64,000 nt of DNA from a virus (IMGVR_UViG_3300017585_000131:6289-70288), one strand, 5' to 3'; shown: positions 1 through 9,092, counted from the stretch's first letter. Notes: a model not told the origin generated them from the sequence alone. Translations and numbers: made by a program.

Positions 1-1
1 T

Positions 2-1399
2 TTCGCTAATACGTATGGCGGCACGATACTGTTGGGCGTTAAAGAAGATTTGACCGAGAAAGATATGGCCAAACGGTTCGACATCGTTGGAGTGGAGGAT
101 GCCAACAAAGTACGGACGGACTTATGGAACATGCTCAATAACTCGGAAAAGGTGAGCGTGAACCTATTGCAAGACGATGAGGTGGAAATCGTAGAGATTG
201 ACGGAAAGTCCATCGTCGTGGTAAAAGTGCCACGTGCAGATACCAGTGTGCGTCCTGTGTATCTCAACGGGAATTTGCTTCGTGGAACTTTCAAACGCAA
301 CCATGAGGGCGACTATCACGCCACGAAGGAGGAAATCAAGATGATGCTGCGTGATGCCAACGAAGAGGGTAACGACAGGTTGTTCTTGGAATACTATACG
401 ATGGATGACATAGACGTGCCTTCGTTGGAGCGATACCGCCTACTATTCCGTACAGACCATCCCGACCACGTCTGGAATGACTTGCCACACAAGGATTTCT
501 TAATGCAGTTAGGTTGCTATGTCGTGAACAGAAAAGAGCAGACGGAAGGGTTGACCATGGCTGGTCTGCTAATGTTTGGTAAGGGGCTGCCCATTCGTGA
601 ACGCTTTGATAATCTGCGGATGGACTACATTGACAAGTCGAACTTGATAGGTGAGCAACGGTATAGCGACCGTATTACCTATGACGGTACATGGGAAAAC
701 AATCTCTTCAATTTCATGCAAATGGTATTGCCACGCCTTACGCGAGACCTGCCACGTCCATTCCGAATGGAGGGCGTTGTACGCAAGGATGACACTCCTC
801 AACACAGGGCAATACGCGAGGCGTTCACCAACATGATTATCCACGCCGACATGATGCTTAATGGCTTGTTGCGCGTGGTGAAGTACGACAACCGTTTTGA
901 GTTCACAAACCCAGGCTTACTAAAACTGCCAGTGGAGCGTATCTATGCAGGTGGCGAGTCAAAAGCCCGCAACCAACGGATGCAGGCACTGCTGCGTATG
1001 ATTGGCTTTGGCGAAGGTCTCGGTTCTGGCTTCCCACTTATCCTCAACGCATGGGAGGAAAAACACTGGGTTCGTCCTGAACTCATAGAAGAACAGGACT
1101 TGATGCAAGTAAAACTTGTGTTGTATATTGAACGTGACAAGGATAATGTCACAAAGGATGTCACAAAGGATGTCACAAAGGATGTCACAAAGGATGTCAC
1201 AAAGGAATTATCCGAACGTCAGCATGAAATCATGAAAATGTTGAAAGAAGAACCAACGCTTAAGACAGAAGAATTAGCAGAGCGATTCTCTGTTACAAGA
1301 CGAACAATCATACGAGACCTTGATGCCCTTCAAAAGAAAGGCATTCTAAGACGCGAAGGTGGCAGAACCTTTGGCCACTGGATAATAATCCATGGTTAG
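2..1399 (+). CDS. AlbA_2 (Schlafen-like) domain ATP-binding protein with RecG-C/HATPase-like domain and C-terminal HTH; 5'-truncated by the window
   Basis: Frame is open from base 2 (FANTYGGTILLGV, the AlbA_2 motif). Has AIREAFTNMIIHAD..FTNPG and ARNQRM motifs and a C-terminal HTH (TRRTIIRDLDALQKKGILRREG). Confidence 0.85.
   Translation, partial: FANTYGGTILLGVKEDLTEKDMAKRFDIVGVEDANKVRTDLWNMLNNSEKVSVNLLQDDEVEIVEIDGKSIVVVKVPRADTSVRPVYLNGNLLRGTFKRNHEGDYHATKEEIKMMLRDANEEGNDRLFLEYYTMDDIDVPSLERYRLLFRTDHPDHVWNDLPHKDFLMQLGCYVVNRKEQTEGLTMAGLLMFGKGLPIRERFDNLRMDYIDKSNLIGEQRYSDRITYDGTWENNLFNFMQMVLPRLTRDLPRPFRMEGVVRKDDTPQHRAIREAFTNMIIHADMMLNGLLRVVKYDNRFEFTNPGLLKLPVERIYAGGESKARNQRMQALLRMIGFGEGLGSGFPLILNAWEEKHWVRPELIEEQDLMQVKLVLYIERDKDNVTKDVTKDVTKDVTKDVTKELSERQHEIMKMLKEEPTLKTEELAERFSVTRRTIIRDLDALQKKGILRREGGRTFGHWIIIHG
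1146..1205 (+). repeat. Five tandem 12-bp units (ATGTCACAAAGG) encoding a VTKD linker
   Basis: Read directly from the sequence; in frame just before the HTH. Confidence 0.95.
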
Positions 1400-1494
1400 G
1401 GGAGAATGGGATGTCCAAAGAAAACACCCAACCTTACATTTTTGGGTGTAAAATTGGATGTAAATTCTGTAAATCACTGATAATCAAGTGATAT

Positions 1495-1509
1495 TGCGGA
1501 GAGAGAGGG
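1495..1509 (-). other. att core: duplicated 3' end of a tRNA-Ser (CCCTCTCTCTCCGCA)
   Basis: Matches the Bacteroidetes tRNA-Ser 3' end, then diverges where the T-loop would follow (gggtaaat instead of gggattcgaa). Phage genes start immediately to the right. Confidence 0.7.
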
Positions 1510-1623
1510 TAAATAGTCCTCCCATTCCGTATTAGTTGATTTTGAGCAGCTTATGTCGTTTTCGCCGTCAGTTTTTGTCATTATCAATGCACATCTGATG
1601 CACGACCTGCCGTATTTTAGGTA

Positions 1624-1631
1624 CAAAGGTA
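1624..1631 (-). promoter_or_regulatory. Bacteroidetes -7 element (TACCTTTG) pointing toward the att core
   Basis: Matches TAnnTTTG in an intergenic position. Confidence 0.5.
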
Positions 1632-1635
1632 TATA

Positions 1636-1682
1636 TAAATTTTAATTTTTAGCTCTAAAACTTATGTAAATTTTAATTTTTA
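1636..1682. repeat. 16-bp direct repeat TAAATTTTAATTTTTA x2 (31-bp period) near att
   Basis: Copies at 1636-1651 and 1667-1682. Confidence 0.8.
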
Positions 1683-1705
1683 AGATATTTTATCCCACAG
1701 GGCAT

Positions 1706-1746
1706 ATAAAAAGGCGACCCACTCGCTTTCACCTGAGCAGGCCGCC
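1706..1746 (-). terminator. Intrinsic terminator
   Basis: 12-bp stem with G-U pairs valid on the minus strand, followed by TTTTTAT, just after the stop at 1772. Confidence 0.8.
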
Positions 1747-1771
1747 AAAAACAGCAAAATATATTTATTGG

Positions 1772-2845
1772 TTACGTAAGCCACGGATTTTCAAATGGGT
1801 TGTACTCCCTTTGGAAGGTTTCTAACGCCCAGTCAACTTTCTTCTCCCCGGTTTCCCTGTCAATCTTGCGTGGCAGTTGTGGATTAATTTTGAACTTGGA
1901 AGCGTCCGACAACCATTTCATAGAGTCCTCGTAAGCCCATCGGCGAGTTTCCGAGATGTTGGTAGGGCTTATTATCTGATGTAAATAATACAACGCTATC
2001 CTGCTCATGTGAGCGACTACGCCGGGGTGTCTTGGGTCATCCAACGTGATATTGACACCTTCAGCCAATGTGTCGGCATTGGGATTCATCACTGGGTAAA
2101 ACACCGTTCCTTCAGCTACGACATAATCACGGGCTTCTTCTGAATAGTCATATTCATAACTCTTGTCATATTCGCCTATCAGCCCCCAGTTATCATCTTC
2201 GTCTGGAGCAACAACAGTATCATTCGTTTCCGTCTCTGTGTTGTCGTCCTCCTCTTCACTTTCCGTATCTTTGAGATACTGATAGAAGTTGTCGTTATAA
2301 GAGCACACTTGGTTTTTCTCCCAAGTCAAGTTAGGCTCCCATGCAGTAGTTTCAGCCTCTTTCCATACGGATATACCAGGGGCGTGAATTTCTCCTGCTT
2401 CATATCCGTGCGGTATTAAGCACTGCCAATATTCAGTGCCAAAACGCACAACCTCGCCTTTTGCATACATTCTGAGCTGAGAATATCTCTTCGCCTTTTC
2501 AAGTAAGCGTGGGTCTATAAAGTCAACCACTTGCTTCCAGTACAATTCCTTTGTTGGTGCTTTGTAACCGTTGATAGCTGTGAGTGTCCTGTAGATTTTC
2601 TCGTCTTTCCTGATCCACACTCCACCCGGATATGACACAGCCACGTTGTATTCACGGATATTCTTGCCGACAGCAAGAACCTTAGCTATGTCATAGTACT
2701 GGTCAAGATACTCCAAAAAGTTCATTTCAGCCCTTTGCTCCGCTTGCGGTACACGTTCAGGTATATCCCTCACGAGTTGGCTTATATGCTCTTTCGTGGC
2801 AATGGAGCAATAGTCATTATCTGTTAGAAACCGATGATACGTCAT
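1772..2845 (-). CDS. DUF1320/Mu gp36-like head-tail adaptor with a large aromatic-repeat insertion
   Basis: N-terminus (FLTDNDY..AEQRAEMNFLEYL) and C-terminus (RHPGVVAHMSRIALYYL..YEDSMKWL..INPQLP) resemble gp36. Likely start is MTYHRF at 2845. Confidence 0.6.
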   Translation of the reverse strand: MTYHRFLTDNDYCSIATKEHISQLVRDIPERVPQAEQRAEMNFLEYLDQYYDIAKVLAVGKNIREYNVAVSYPGGVWIRKDEKIYRTLTAINGYKAPTKELYWKQVVDFIDPRLLEKAKRYSQLRMYAKGEVVRFGTEYWQCLIPHGYEAGEIHAPGISVWKEAETTAWEPNLTWEKNQVCSYNDNFYQYLKDTESEEEDDNTETETNDTVVAPDEDDNWGLIGEYDKSYEYDYSEEARDYVVAEGTVFYPVMNPNADTLAEGVNITLDDPRHPGVVAHMSRIALYYLHQIISPTNISETRRWAYEDSMKWLSDASKFKINPQLPRKIDRETGEKKVDWALETFQREYNPFENPWLT

Positions 2846-2867
2846 TGTTTTTTTGTCCTTTTTATTA

Positions 2868-5552
2868 TTAATAGTCAAAGTCGCCATAAACGGTCTCACC
2901 CATGTCTATCGTAGTCACTATGTCGGTACTTGAACTCTTGTATATTTGGTATTCCTTGCCCAGATAATATATCAAGGCATAGTCGAAACAGTCTGAAAAA
3001 TGTCCGTAACGCTCCACTCTTTCACCGTTCTCGTTCAGCACTTTTTTCTTTTCCTTTGTGCCGTCAGGATTCTTTTTTTGATAGATAAAGTCCTCTGTCA
3101 GTCTGTGGCAGCGAGCGTCTATTTGTAACCGCCACCCTTTATACCCCACGAATAGCTCATTAACGAACTCCAGACGAGTAATCATCGCAGGCTGTTTTGT
3201 CAACAGCTGTATCTTTGGTCTGAGTACGGCGTTTGTCATGTTCTTGTTGGCTATGGTAAAGTTGTTCACGCCTTCTTCCGTCTGGGTGGAACGCGCAGCA
3301 CCGGCAGGGTCGCCAGTAAGCAGTACGCCACCAACATGACCGTCAGCCACTAATCTTTGAGCTATCCAACGAGTAAAAGCAGGGGTGTTGTTATGCTTTT
3401 CTTTGGGGTAGCCGACCATTTCAGGGAATATGTACACGATTTTATTGTCATAGTCAATCTGAATGGGGAGACAGCTCATATATGGATTGACGTTAAAGTC
3501 AAAGCTGAGGATTAGCGGCTTCATTGGGTCGTATGACTTTTCTTTGAGGTTCTGGATAAGATGTTTATCGCCATCGAAATTCCAGTAAGCAGCCATCTTA
3601 TTGCTGGTGGTGAATAGCCAGTTGCCATAGAGGAGACGGTCACGGTCAGCTTTGTTGCGCAGCTTGCTAAGTTTATTGTAGTAAATTGTGCGGAAGCCTT
3701 CATTAGGATTGTCGAACAGGCTGAAGGGGATGTAGCGATAGCCTTGTGGCAGCTTGACGGGATTGCCATCATCATCCATTACGAATGTTGACCTAACCCA
3801 AGTCAGGCATGGGTTTGTACTCATATACAGCTTGCCAACAACAAATGTCTCGGCAATTTTATAACGAATACGAGAAGCTAAAACTTCAACGGCTTTTTCA
3901 GAGACTTCGGAAACCTCGTCGATGAAGCCTCCTGTAATTTCCAATGAGCCTAAAGAGTTGAAATCTGGGTCTTGTGGGCTTGGTGTCAATTCCATTGCCA
4001 TTATTTGCGAGCCATTCCAAAATGTTATGGTGTACGCTAAATTATTGATGTGGTAGTTTACGTCACGCCTCAATCCCCAAGATTTCAGCACATCTAATAA
4101 TGTATTCCATGTCGTTTCCAATAGTGTCTTGCGCACTTTACGGGCGACGACCATGCGTATGCCTTCAAATTGCATACAGCTGAGGGTCAGCCAGCAACAG
4201 CCTATGTAAGAATTGTGAGTGACAACAAAGTCATCTGTAACATAAAGTCCATGTGGCTGATCGACAGTTATGCAACGCCCTTTCTTTTTCCCAACGTATT
4301 CAATATCTATAATTCGACGGCATAATTCAGAATTGCCACCATTATACTCGTCTCTACAGCGTTCTTTTTTGCGAGGAACATAAGACAATTCTGTGTCGCA
4401 TTTGGTCATTATATATACAGTATAAGCCCTTTGACCCGTGCGTTTTTCGCCTTTATATGTGTATGTTGGTATTTTTGATGTTATTGTTGCTTTTCCACCT
4501 AAACTACGCACAATCCAAGCAATGTCATTTATTAGAACTTCACTAATACTGGTGTACGAAATATGTCCTCTGCTATCGACATAACCGTCAGTGTCAATTA
4601 AGCCTTGCATAAGCTCTTTCCTGCTATCTATGCGAGCATATTTATATTTTTCTGGGATGAATTTGCTTTCAGCGCCATGATTTATTAATCCCAATTCTTT
4701 TAATCCGCTTAATAAGCGTGTGTCCTTATAGACATAAGAAGGTGCTACTTTTTTTGCGTCCATGACTTTGCAATAATTGAAACCTAATGTAGATATTTTT
4801 TCTACCATTTCAATATCACGAGTAGTGAGCTTTACACACCCACTATCTATATGAGATTTTGTAAAACACCCATTGCCAATTAGACACCCTAAGAAATATG
4901 GAGGTATCGGTAATTCTCCACCGATTTCTGTTTCAATATTAAAGCGTACTGGCTTTGTTAATGGAATAGTCAGATTTGCTCCTTGATGTTGTCCGTTTTT
5001 CTTCTCTTGCATCCAGCGATACAGATGTTGTACAGTCCAGACTCTATCGGTAATTTTGTTTCCTTCAAAATCCGTTTTATTTCCACTGCCATAATGTGAG
5101 ATGTGAAATTGCCATAAGTGATTATCCGAACAATAGGTCTCAGCCCCATCAATAAATTTGACTTTGTAATAATCACGTTCTTCTATTGGATGCAGATATT
5201 CTATATATTGCGCCCCACCAGTCATCGGGTCAGTTACCATATCGCCAACTTTTAAGTCTCTTATTTTCTTGTAACCCTTTGGTGTACAGATAAGTGCATC
5301 AAGTAATTGGCCTTTCCCGCCACCTGCTGAACCGCCGCCGAGTACCTGCTCTGGAATATCTGTATTACCACACCGCTTGCAAGTAGCCCTATAAATCTGA
5401 TGTCCGTTTTTGTCGAACCCATTAGGGCGCATCTCCAGTTCACCACCACACCTGTCACAGCGGTTAGGCTGCAAAGCGTTCCATAACTCGTACTGTCTTT
5501 CTGATGGCTTGAAGACAATGTTCAAGCCTCTTGGTTTCTCTAATCTTGCCAT
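2868..5552 (-). CDS. terL: Terminase large subunit containing an intein
   Basis: Walker A GGSAGGGK/S split by the intein, Walker B GFIDEVSE, STNP coupling motif, and nuclease motifs SFDFN, GDPAG and HFSDCFDY. Confidence 0.92.
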   Translation of the reverse strand: MARLEKPRGLNIVFKPSERQYELWNALQPNRCDRCGGELEMRPNGFDKNGHQIYRATCKRCGNTDIPEQVLGGGSAGGGKGQLLDALICTPKGYKKIRDLKVGDMVTDPMTGGAQYIEYLHPIEERDYYKVKFIDGAETYCSDNHLWQFHISHYGSGNKTDFEGNKITDRVWTVQHLYRWMQEKKNGQHQGANLTIPLTKPVRFNIETEIGGELPIPPYFLGCLIGNGCFTKSHIDSGCVKLTTRDIEMVEKISTLGFNYCKVMDAKKVAPSYVYKDTRLLSGLKELGLINHGAESKFIPEKYKYARIDSRKELMQGLIDTDGYVDSRGHISYTSISEVLINDIAWIVRSLGGKATITSKIPTYTYKGEKRTGQRAYTVYIMTKCDTELSYVPRKKERCRDEYNGGNSELCRRIIDIEYVGKKKGRCITVDQPHGLYVTDDFVVTHNSYIGCCWLTLSCMQFEGIRMVVARKVRKTLLETTWNTLLDVLKSWGLRRDVNYHINNLAYTITFWNGSQIMAMELTPSPQDPDFNSLGSLEITGGFIDEVSEVSEKAVEVLASRIRYKIAETFVVGKLYMSTNPCLTWVRSTFVMDDDGNPVKLPQGYRYIPFSLFDNPNEGFRTIYYNKLSKLRNKADRDRLLYGNWLFTTSNKMAAYWNFDGDKHLIQNLKEKSYDPMKPLILSFDFNVNPYMSCLPIQIDYDNKIVYIFPEMVGYPKEKHNNTPAFTRWIAQRLVADGHVGGVLLTGDPAGAARSTQTEEGVNNFTIANKNMTNAVLRPKIQLLTKQPAMITRLEFVNELFVGYKGWRLQIDARCHRLTEDFIYQKKNPDGTKEKKKVLNENGERVERYGHFSDCFDYALIYYLGKEYQIYKSSSTDIVTTIDMGETVYGDFDY
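4212..5312 (-). mobile_element. 367-aa intein with LAGLIDADG homing endonuclease, class 3-like
   Basis: Begins GQLLDALICTPKG after GGGK and ends VVTHN before extein Ser. Contains blocks CSDNHLW, FLGCLIGNG, LMQGLIDTDG and GRCITV. Confidence 0.92.
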
Positions 5553-5839
5553 ATTCTTTTGCCGTTTTTATAGTAATAGTATTCCAGCCCCACCAAACTT
5601 GGACTGAAAGGCGTTAATTATAAAAACAAAGCCTTAAAATATGTCAACAAAAGTAATCGCCAGACTTCACAGTCCAGCGATTACTAAAAACTAACTACAC
5701 TAAATAACTAAAAACCTAAAACTTCAAAATACCTATAACTAACATTTAATCTGCCTTATCTTGCTTGAAACAGTCCTTCCCAGTTCTTTCAGCTCTTTAG
5801 GGCTGACTGTCTTTTGCGTGTCCTTGCCTTCCTGTTTCA

Positions 5840-6442
5840 TTATTCTATCACATTAATAGTTTGCAGGCTGACAATATGGGCTTTGGGGTTATGGTTGATA
5901 ACCCTCGTGCTTTCAGAACTCGTCCATTTAATCAACCCGAAGAACAGCTTATGCTTTTTCTGTACACTAATCACTGATAGACTATCCCTTATATCATAAT
6001 CGATCACGGTTTTCCTGTCAGCTGCTATATCAACGTTTATGTTCACGAAGTTGTCTTTGAGTCGTGCCTTAATGCCACCAAACGTGTCAACCTCGGCAAT
6101 CACGGTGTCAACGCTTACTGTGTGACTCGTCATTTCCGTGATTGCCGAAACATCTTTCGCCCTAAGGTTGGACACTTGCAACAACTTTCCGTATTTCGCT
6201 TTCAGATTATCTGTGGTATAGTTCAAGTCCTTTACCTCGGCTTGATATAAGGCTATGGAGTCGTTCAGTCTTATTTTTGTCTGCTTAATTTGTTGATTCA
6301 AGTCGGTTATGGTCGTTTCAAGTGCTTCCGACTGGCTTTTGTAATGGTTTGTCCTTTCATAGCTATCCCAGAGCGCAACGCCCATTATGGCTATCAGGAT
6401 AAACGGCCACGCCTTGTTGAAAAAATTGCTCCACATATTCAT
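5840..6442 (-). CDS. Membrane-anchored coiled-coil lysis accessory (spanin/Rz-like)
   Basis: N-terminal TM segment plus coiled coil; lies directly after the endolysin. Confidence 0.55.
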   Translation of the reverse strand: MNMWSNFFNKAWPFILIAIMGVALWDSYERTNHYKSQSEALETTITDLNQQIKQTKIRLNDSIALYQAEVKDLNYTTDNLKAKYGKLLQVSNLRAKDVSAITEMTSHTVSVDTVIAEVDTFGGIKARLKDNFVNINVDIAADRKTVIDYDIRDSLSVISVQKKHKLFFGLIKWTSSESTRVINHNPKAHIVSLQTINVIE

Positions 6443-6444
6443 CT

Positions 6445-7092
6445 TTATTTTATGTTTGCGTATTCAGCCACGGCATTAAAGCACGGGCATTGCTTTTTCC
6501 ATTTTGACGGTGTGTTCTCGCCCCAGACACTTCTATGCCCAATTATTTTCGCATTAGGGTATAATTCCTTCAAGTCACTAAGCAGTCGGATGAGGGAGGA
6601 TTTCTGAGCTTCGGTGCGAGTGTCCTTTGCCTTGCCGTTCTTATCCAGTCCACCGACGTACACTATGCCGATAGATGTGGAATTATGCCCCTCGCAATGT
6701 GCGCCACTGATGTTGACATCACGCCCATTGCAAATAGAGCCATCTCTATACACCACATAATGATAGCCTATGTCGCTCCAACCATTCTTCTTGTGCATCT
6801 GGCGTATTTGGTCAACAGTGAGGTCAACGCCTTCTTTGGTGGCAGTGCAATGAACTATCAGCTCTTTTATTGTTCTCTTGCTTTTCTTGACAAGTGAGCT
6901 TTTATTAGTTATGCCCAAAGCTGCCCAAGTCTTAGAGCCAACAACGCCATCAGCAAGCAAGCCTTTTGATTGCTGAAATTCCTTTACCGCTTCTTCGGTC
7001 AATGCACCAAAAATGCCGTCAGCATATAGGTTCAATGCTCTTTGCAAGACCTTTACGTCTTCGCCTTTGCTTCCTTTTCTTAGCGTATTCAT
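6445..7092 (-). CDS. Endolysin: peptidoglycan-binding domain plus N-acetylmuramoyl-L-alanine amidase (T7 lysozyme-like)
   Basis: LRKGSKGEDVKVLQRAL..DGIFG..T PG-binding repeat; IVHCTAT, IGYHYVV, GAHC, IIGHR and CPCF motifs. Likely start MNTLRK. Confidence 0.92.
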   Translation of the reverse strand: MNTLRKGSKGEDVKVLQRALNLYADGIFGALTEEAVKEFQQSKGLLADGVVGSKTWAALGITNKSSLVKKSKRTIKELIVHCTATKEGVDLTVDQIRQMHKKNGWSDIGYHYVVYRDGSICNGRDVNISGAHCEGHNSTSIGIVYVGGLDKNGKAKDTRTEAQKSSLIRLLSDLKELYPNAKIIGHRSVWGENTPSKWKKQCPCFNAVAEYANIK

Positions 7093-7103
7093 TTCAGTAA
7101 TTA

Positions 7104-7388
7104 TTACAAAATCAATAAACATTCGCCAATCATACAGCCCGACATCGTTTCCACAATCCTGTCATCATTCAAGTATAAATCAGGATCGTTAGCATTTTCA
7201 ACAAGCAGCTTGCATAATGTGTATAGCGCACAGGCAAACAAGCCGCAAACATTGGCGGCTGCACTGCTTGTGTCAAACAGCCTTGAAAACACTTGCGTGG
7301 ATAGCTGAGAGACAACCAACCCTTGCAGGAAGCAGCTCAGAATAATCTCCTTGCGTGTCCGATATGGTCTATTGTTGTATGCCGTCAT
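7104..7388 (-). CDS. Hypothetical protein
   Basis: Co-oriented ORF tightly packed in the operon. Confidence 0.55.
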   Translation of the reverse strand: MTAYNNRPYRTRKEIILSCFLQGLVVSQLSTQVFSRLFDTSSAAANVCGLFACALYTLCKLLVENANDPDLYLNDDRIVETMSGCMIGECLLIL

Positions 7389-7639
7389 AATACAGTTGCT
7401 TTTAATATGCTGTTGATTCTTACCTTGTTGACGTGTTCAGGTCCTTCTATAGACCTTATTGGGATAAAGACATTTTTGACCTTTCTCATAATCTTGACAT
7501 CGACATATACTCCACCCAATGCGTCGTTACCGTCCACGAGCTTCGTTATCGTTCCAGACTTGCCTGCTAAAGTCTCCCTGCCTGCCAGAGAAAGCTGATG
7601 TGAGGGGCGTATCGTTATCTTATCTCCTACTCTCAACAT
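7385..7639 (-). CDS. Hypothetical protein (SH3/KOW-like beta fold suspected)
   Basis: Packed ORF with LRVGDKITI motif. Confidence 0.6.
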   Translation of the reverse strand: MLRVGDKITIRPSHQLSLAGRETLAGKSGTITKLVDGNDALGGVYVDVKIMRKVKNVFIPIRSIEGPEHVNKVRINSILKATVL

Positions 7640-7643
7640 AACC

Positions 7644-7946
7644 TTATTGTTTTCCGAGCGTGTCTTCCAGCCTATCCCTAATCTGTCTGATGTCAGCGGA
7701 CATATCGGTAAACTGCTTCATGGTCGCCTCGAACACAGCCTTGTCGAGCTTCATGTTATCGAGCTTTATATACTGCGCATCGACTTGCGCCTTGACTTGC
7801 GTAAGCTCTTTCTCCATTTGTTCTATCTTCATCATACTGGCTTGGTACTGAAGGTATGTTCCGCAAATGAACACGATGCAGGCTATAATCGTTTTGAGAT
7901 TTCTGAGAACGAAATCGCCTATCAATGAGTTTGTCTTGTTATCCAT
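7644..7946 (-). CDS. Single-TM coiled-coil protein, possible holin or lysis accessory
   Basis: TM segment TIIACIVFICGTYL then coiled coil; upstream of the lysin. Confidence 0.5.
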   Translation of the reverse strand: MDNKTNSLIGDFVLRNLKTIIACIVFICGTYLQYQASMMKIEQMEKELTQVKAQVDAQYIKLDNMKLDKAVFEATMKQFTDMSADIRQIRDRLEDTLGKQ

Positions 7947-7960
7947 AACGCATATCTGGT

Positions 7961-8479
7961 TTATTCGGTTACATCCTCAATTTCGTTCTCCTTGCTTGCT
8001 TGTGGAACTACAAGCTGGAACGTAATTCCGTCGCCATCAGCACCTTCAAGCATTACCTTGTGGGCGATGTCTTCCTTGATACCATACATATCGGTGAGCT
8101 TGCTGATAGCGTTTACTGCGACAGAACGTAAGGCTGCTGGGGATAGCGTGTTGCCCCATCTGTCTTCTACGGTCAAAACGGAACACTCTTCAGCTATTTT
8201 CAGCAAAGTCTCGGTAAGCCGTGGTCTGAGAGTGGCTGCGTCCACTATGTTGTGGCTCTGTATCTCGTCTATTCTTGCCTTGATGTCTTCACGCTGCATC
8301 AATTGTTGCACTGACATGGTGGTCTCTATTTCAGCGTTCACGTCAGTGTTTAAGTATTTTGCCGTCGCACCCTTGAAAACAAGGTCGTATGTTTTCTTGG
8401 CGTTGCCGTTATAAGGCGACGGCCCTGCTGCAAATATCAAGCAGAATTTTTCCTCTAAATCCGTAAGTTTGTATGTCAT
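7961..8479 (-). CDS. terS: Terminase small subunit-like protein
   Basis: N-terminal LTDLEEKFC..YNGNAKKTY HTH-like motif typical of TerS; lies upstream of TerL. Confidence 0.65.
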   Translation of the reverse strand: MTYKLTDLEEKFCLIFAAGPSPYNGNAKKTYDLVFKGATAKYLNTDVNAEIETTMSVQQLMQREDIKARIDEIQSHNIVDAATLRPRLTETLLKIAEECSVLTVEDRWGNTLSPAALRSVAVNAISKLTDMYGIKEDIAHKVMLEGADGDGITFQLVVPQASKENEIEDVTE

Positions 8480-8558
8480 TGCGATGCGATTTTTATTGTT
8501 GTTTCTTTATTGATAATAGTAAAATCGCATCGCAACTAACATTCATAAATTCAGAAGT

Positions 8559-9092
8559 CTATTGATTATTCAGAGGTTGGTGCATAATTTGGTGCCTAAA
8601 AAGTTTCTTCAAGCCTTCAAGACACTGCTCTATCCGCTCCATTGTCCTCAGTTCCTCCATGTTGAATTTTATTTGCAGGGCATATCCCCCGATGTACGCA
8701 AGCACCTTGCCCGTTTTGTCGTCCGTAATCTGGTATATACTATAATCCTGCCTTTCACGAAACATCACTACTCCAGTGGTAATAGAGTCAAGATAGGCTT
8801 CTGGAACGCCGTCATCATTTACCAATTGTACGATAGACGGCTCTTTGACACGCTTCATCTGCACTATTTGGCTCTGTCGTACATTTATGCCGGTCGCGCT
8901 CTTTGTTTCCAGTTCCTTTTCTTCTCTGAACTTAGGTTGTTCTGGAATGACATCGGTCTTTATTTCTTGGACTTCCCTTTGCACGTTGGCTTTCAGTCCT
9001 TGCGCTATGGCGGCACTGGAAGGAACCATAGTGCCGCTTGTTTTGTCAAAAGTGAATTTATGCTTCATTTTCTTTGTGTTTTGTACGTTCAA
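8559..9092 (-). CDS. Hypothetical protein
   Basis: Co-oriented ORF. Confidence 0.65.
   Translation of the reverse strand: MNVQNTKKMKHKFTFDKTSGTMVPSSAAIAQGLKANVQREVQEIKTDVIPEQPKFREEKELETKSATGINVRQSQIVQMKRVKEPSIVQLVNDDGVPEAYLDSITTGVVMFRERQDYSIYQITDDKTGKVLAYIGGYALQIKFNMEELRTMERIEQCLEGLKKLFRHQIMHQPLNNQ

Noticed and set aside
943-1200. Minus-strand ORF with VTSF repeats
   Set aside because: Antisense shadow of the VTKD repeat in the AlbA gene.
1146-1205. Possible CRISPR or contingency repeat
   Set aside because: 12-bp contiguous in-frame units with no spacers; a common linker in this protein family.
1495-1509. Intact tRNA gene
   Set aside because: Only the last 15 nt match; the T-loop and the rest of the cloverleaf are absent.
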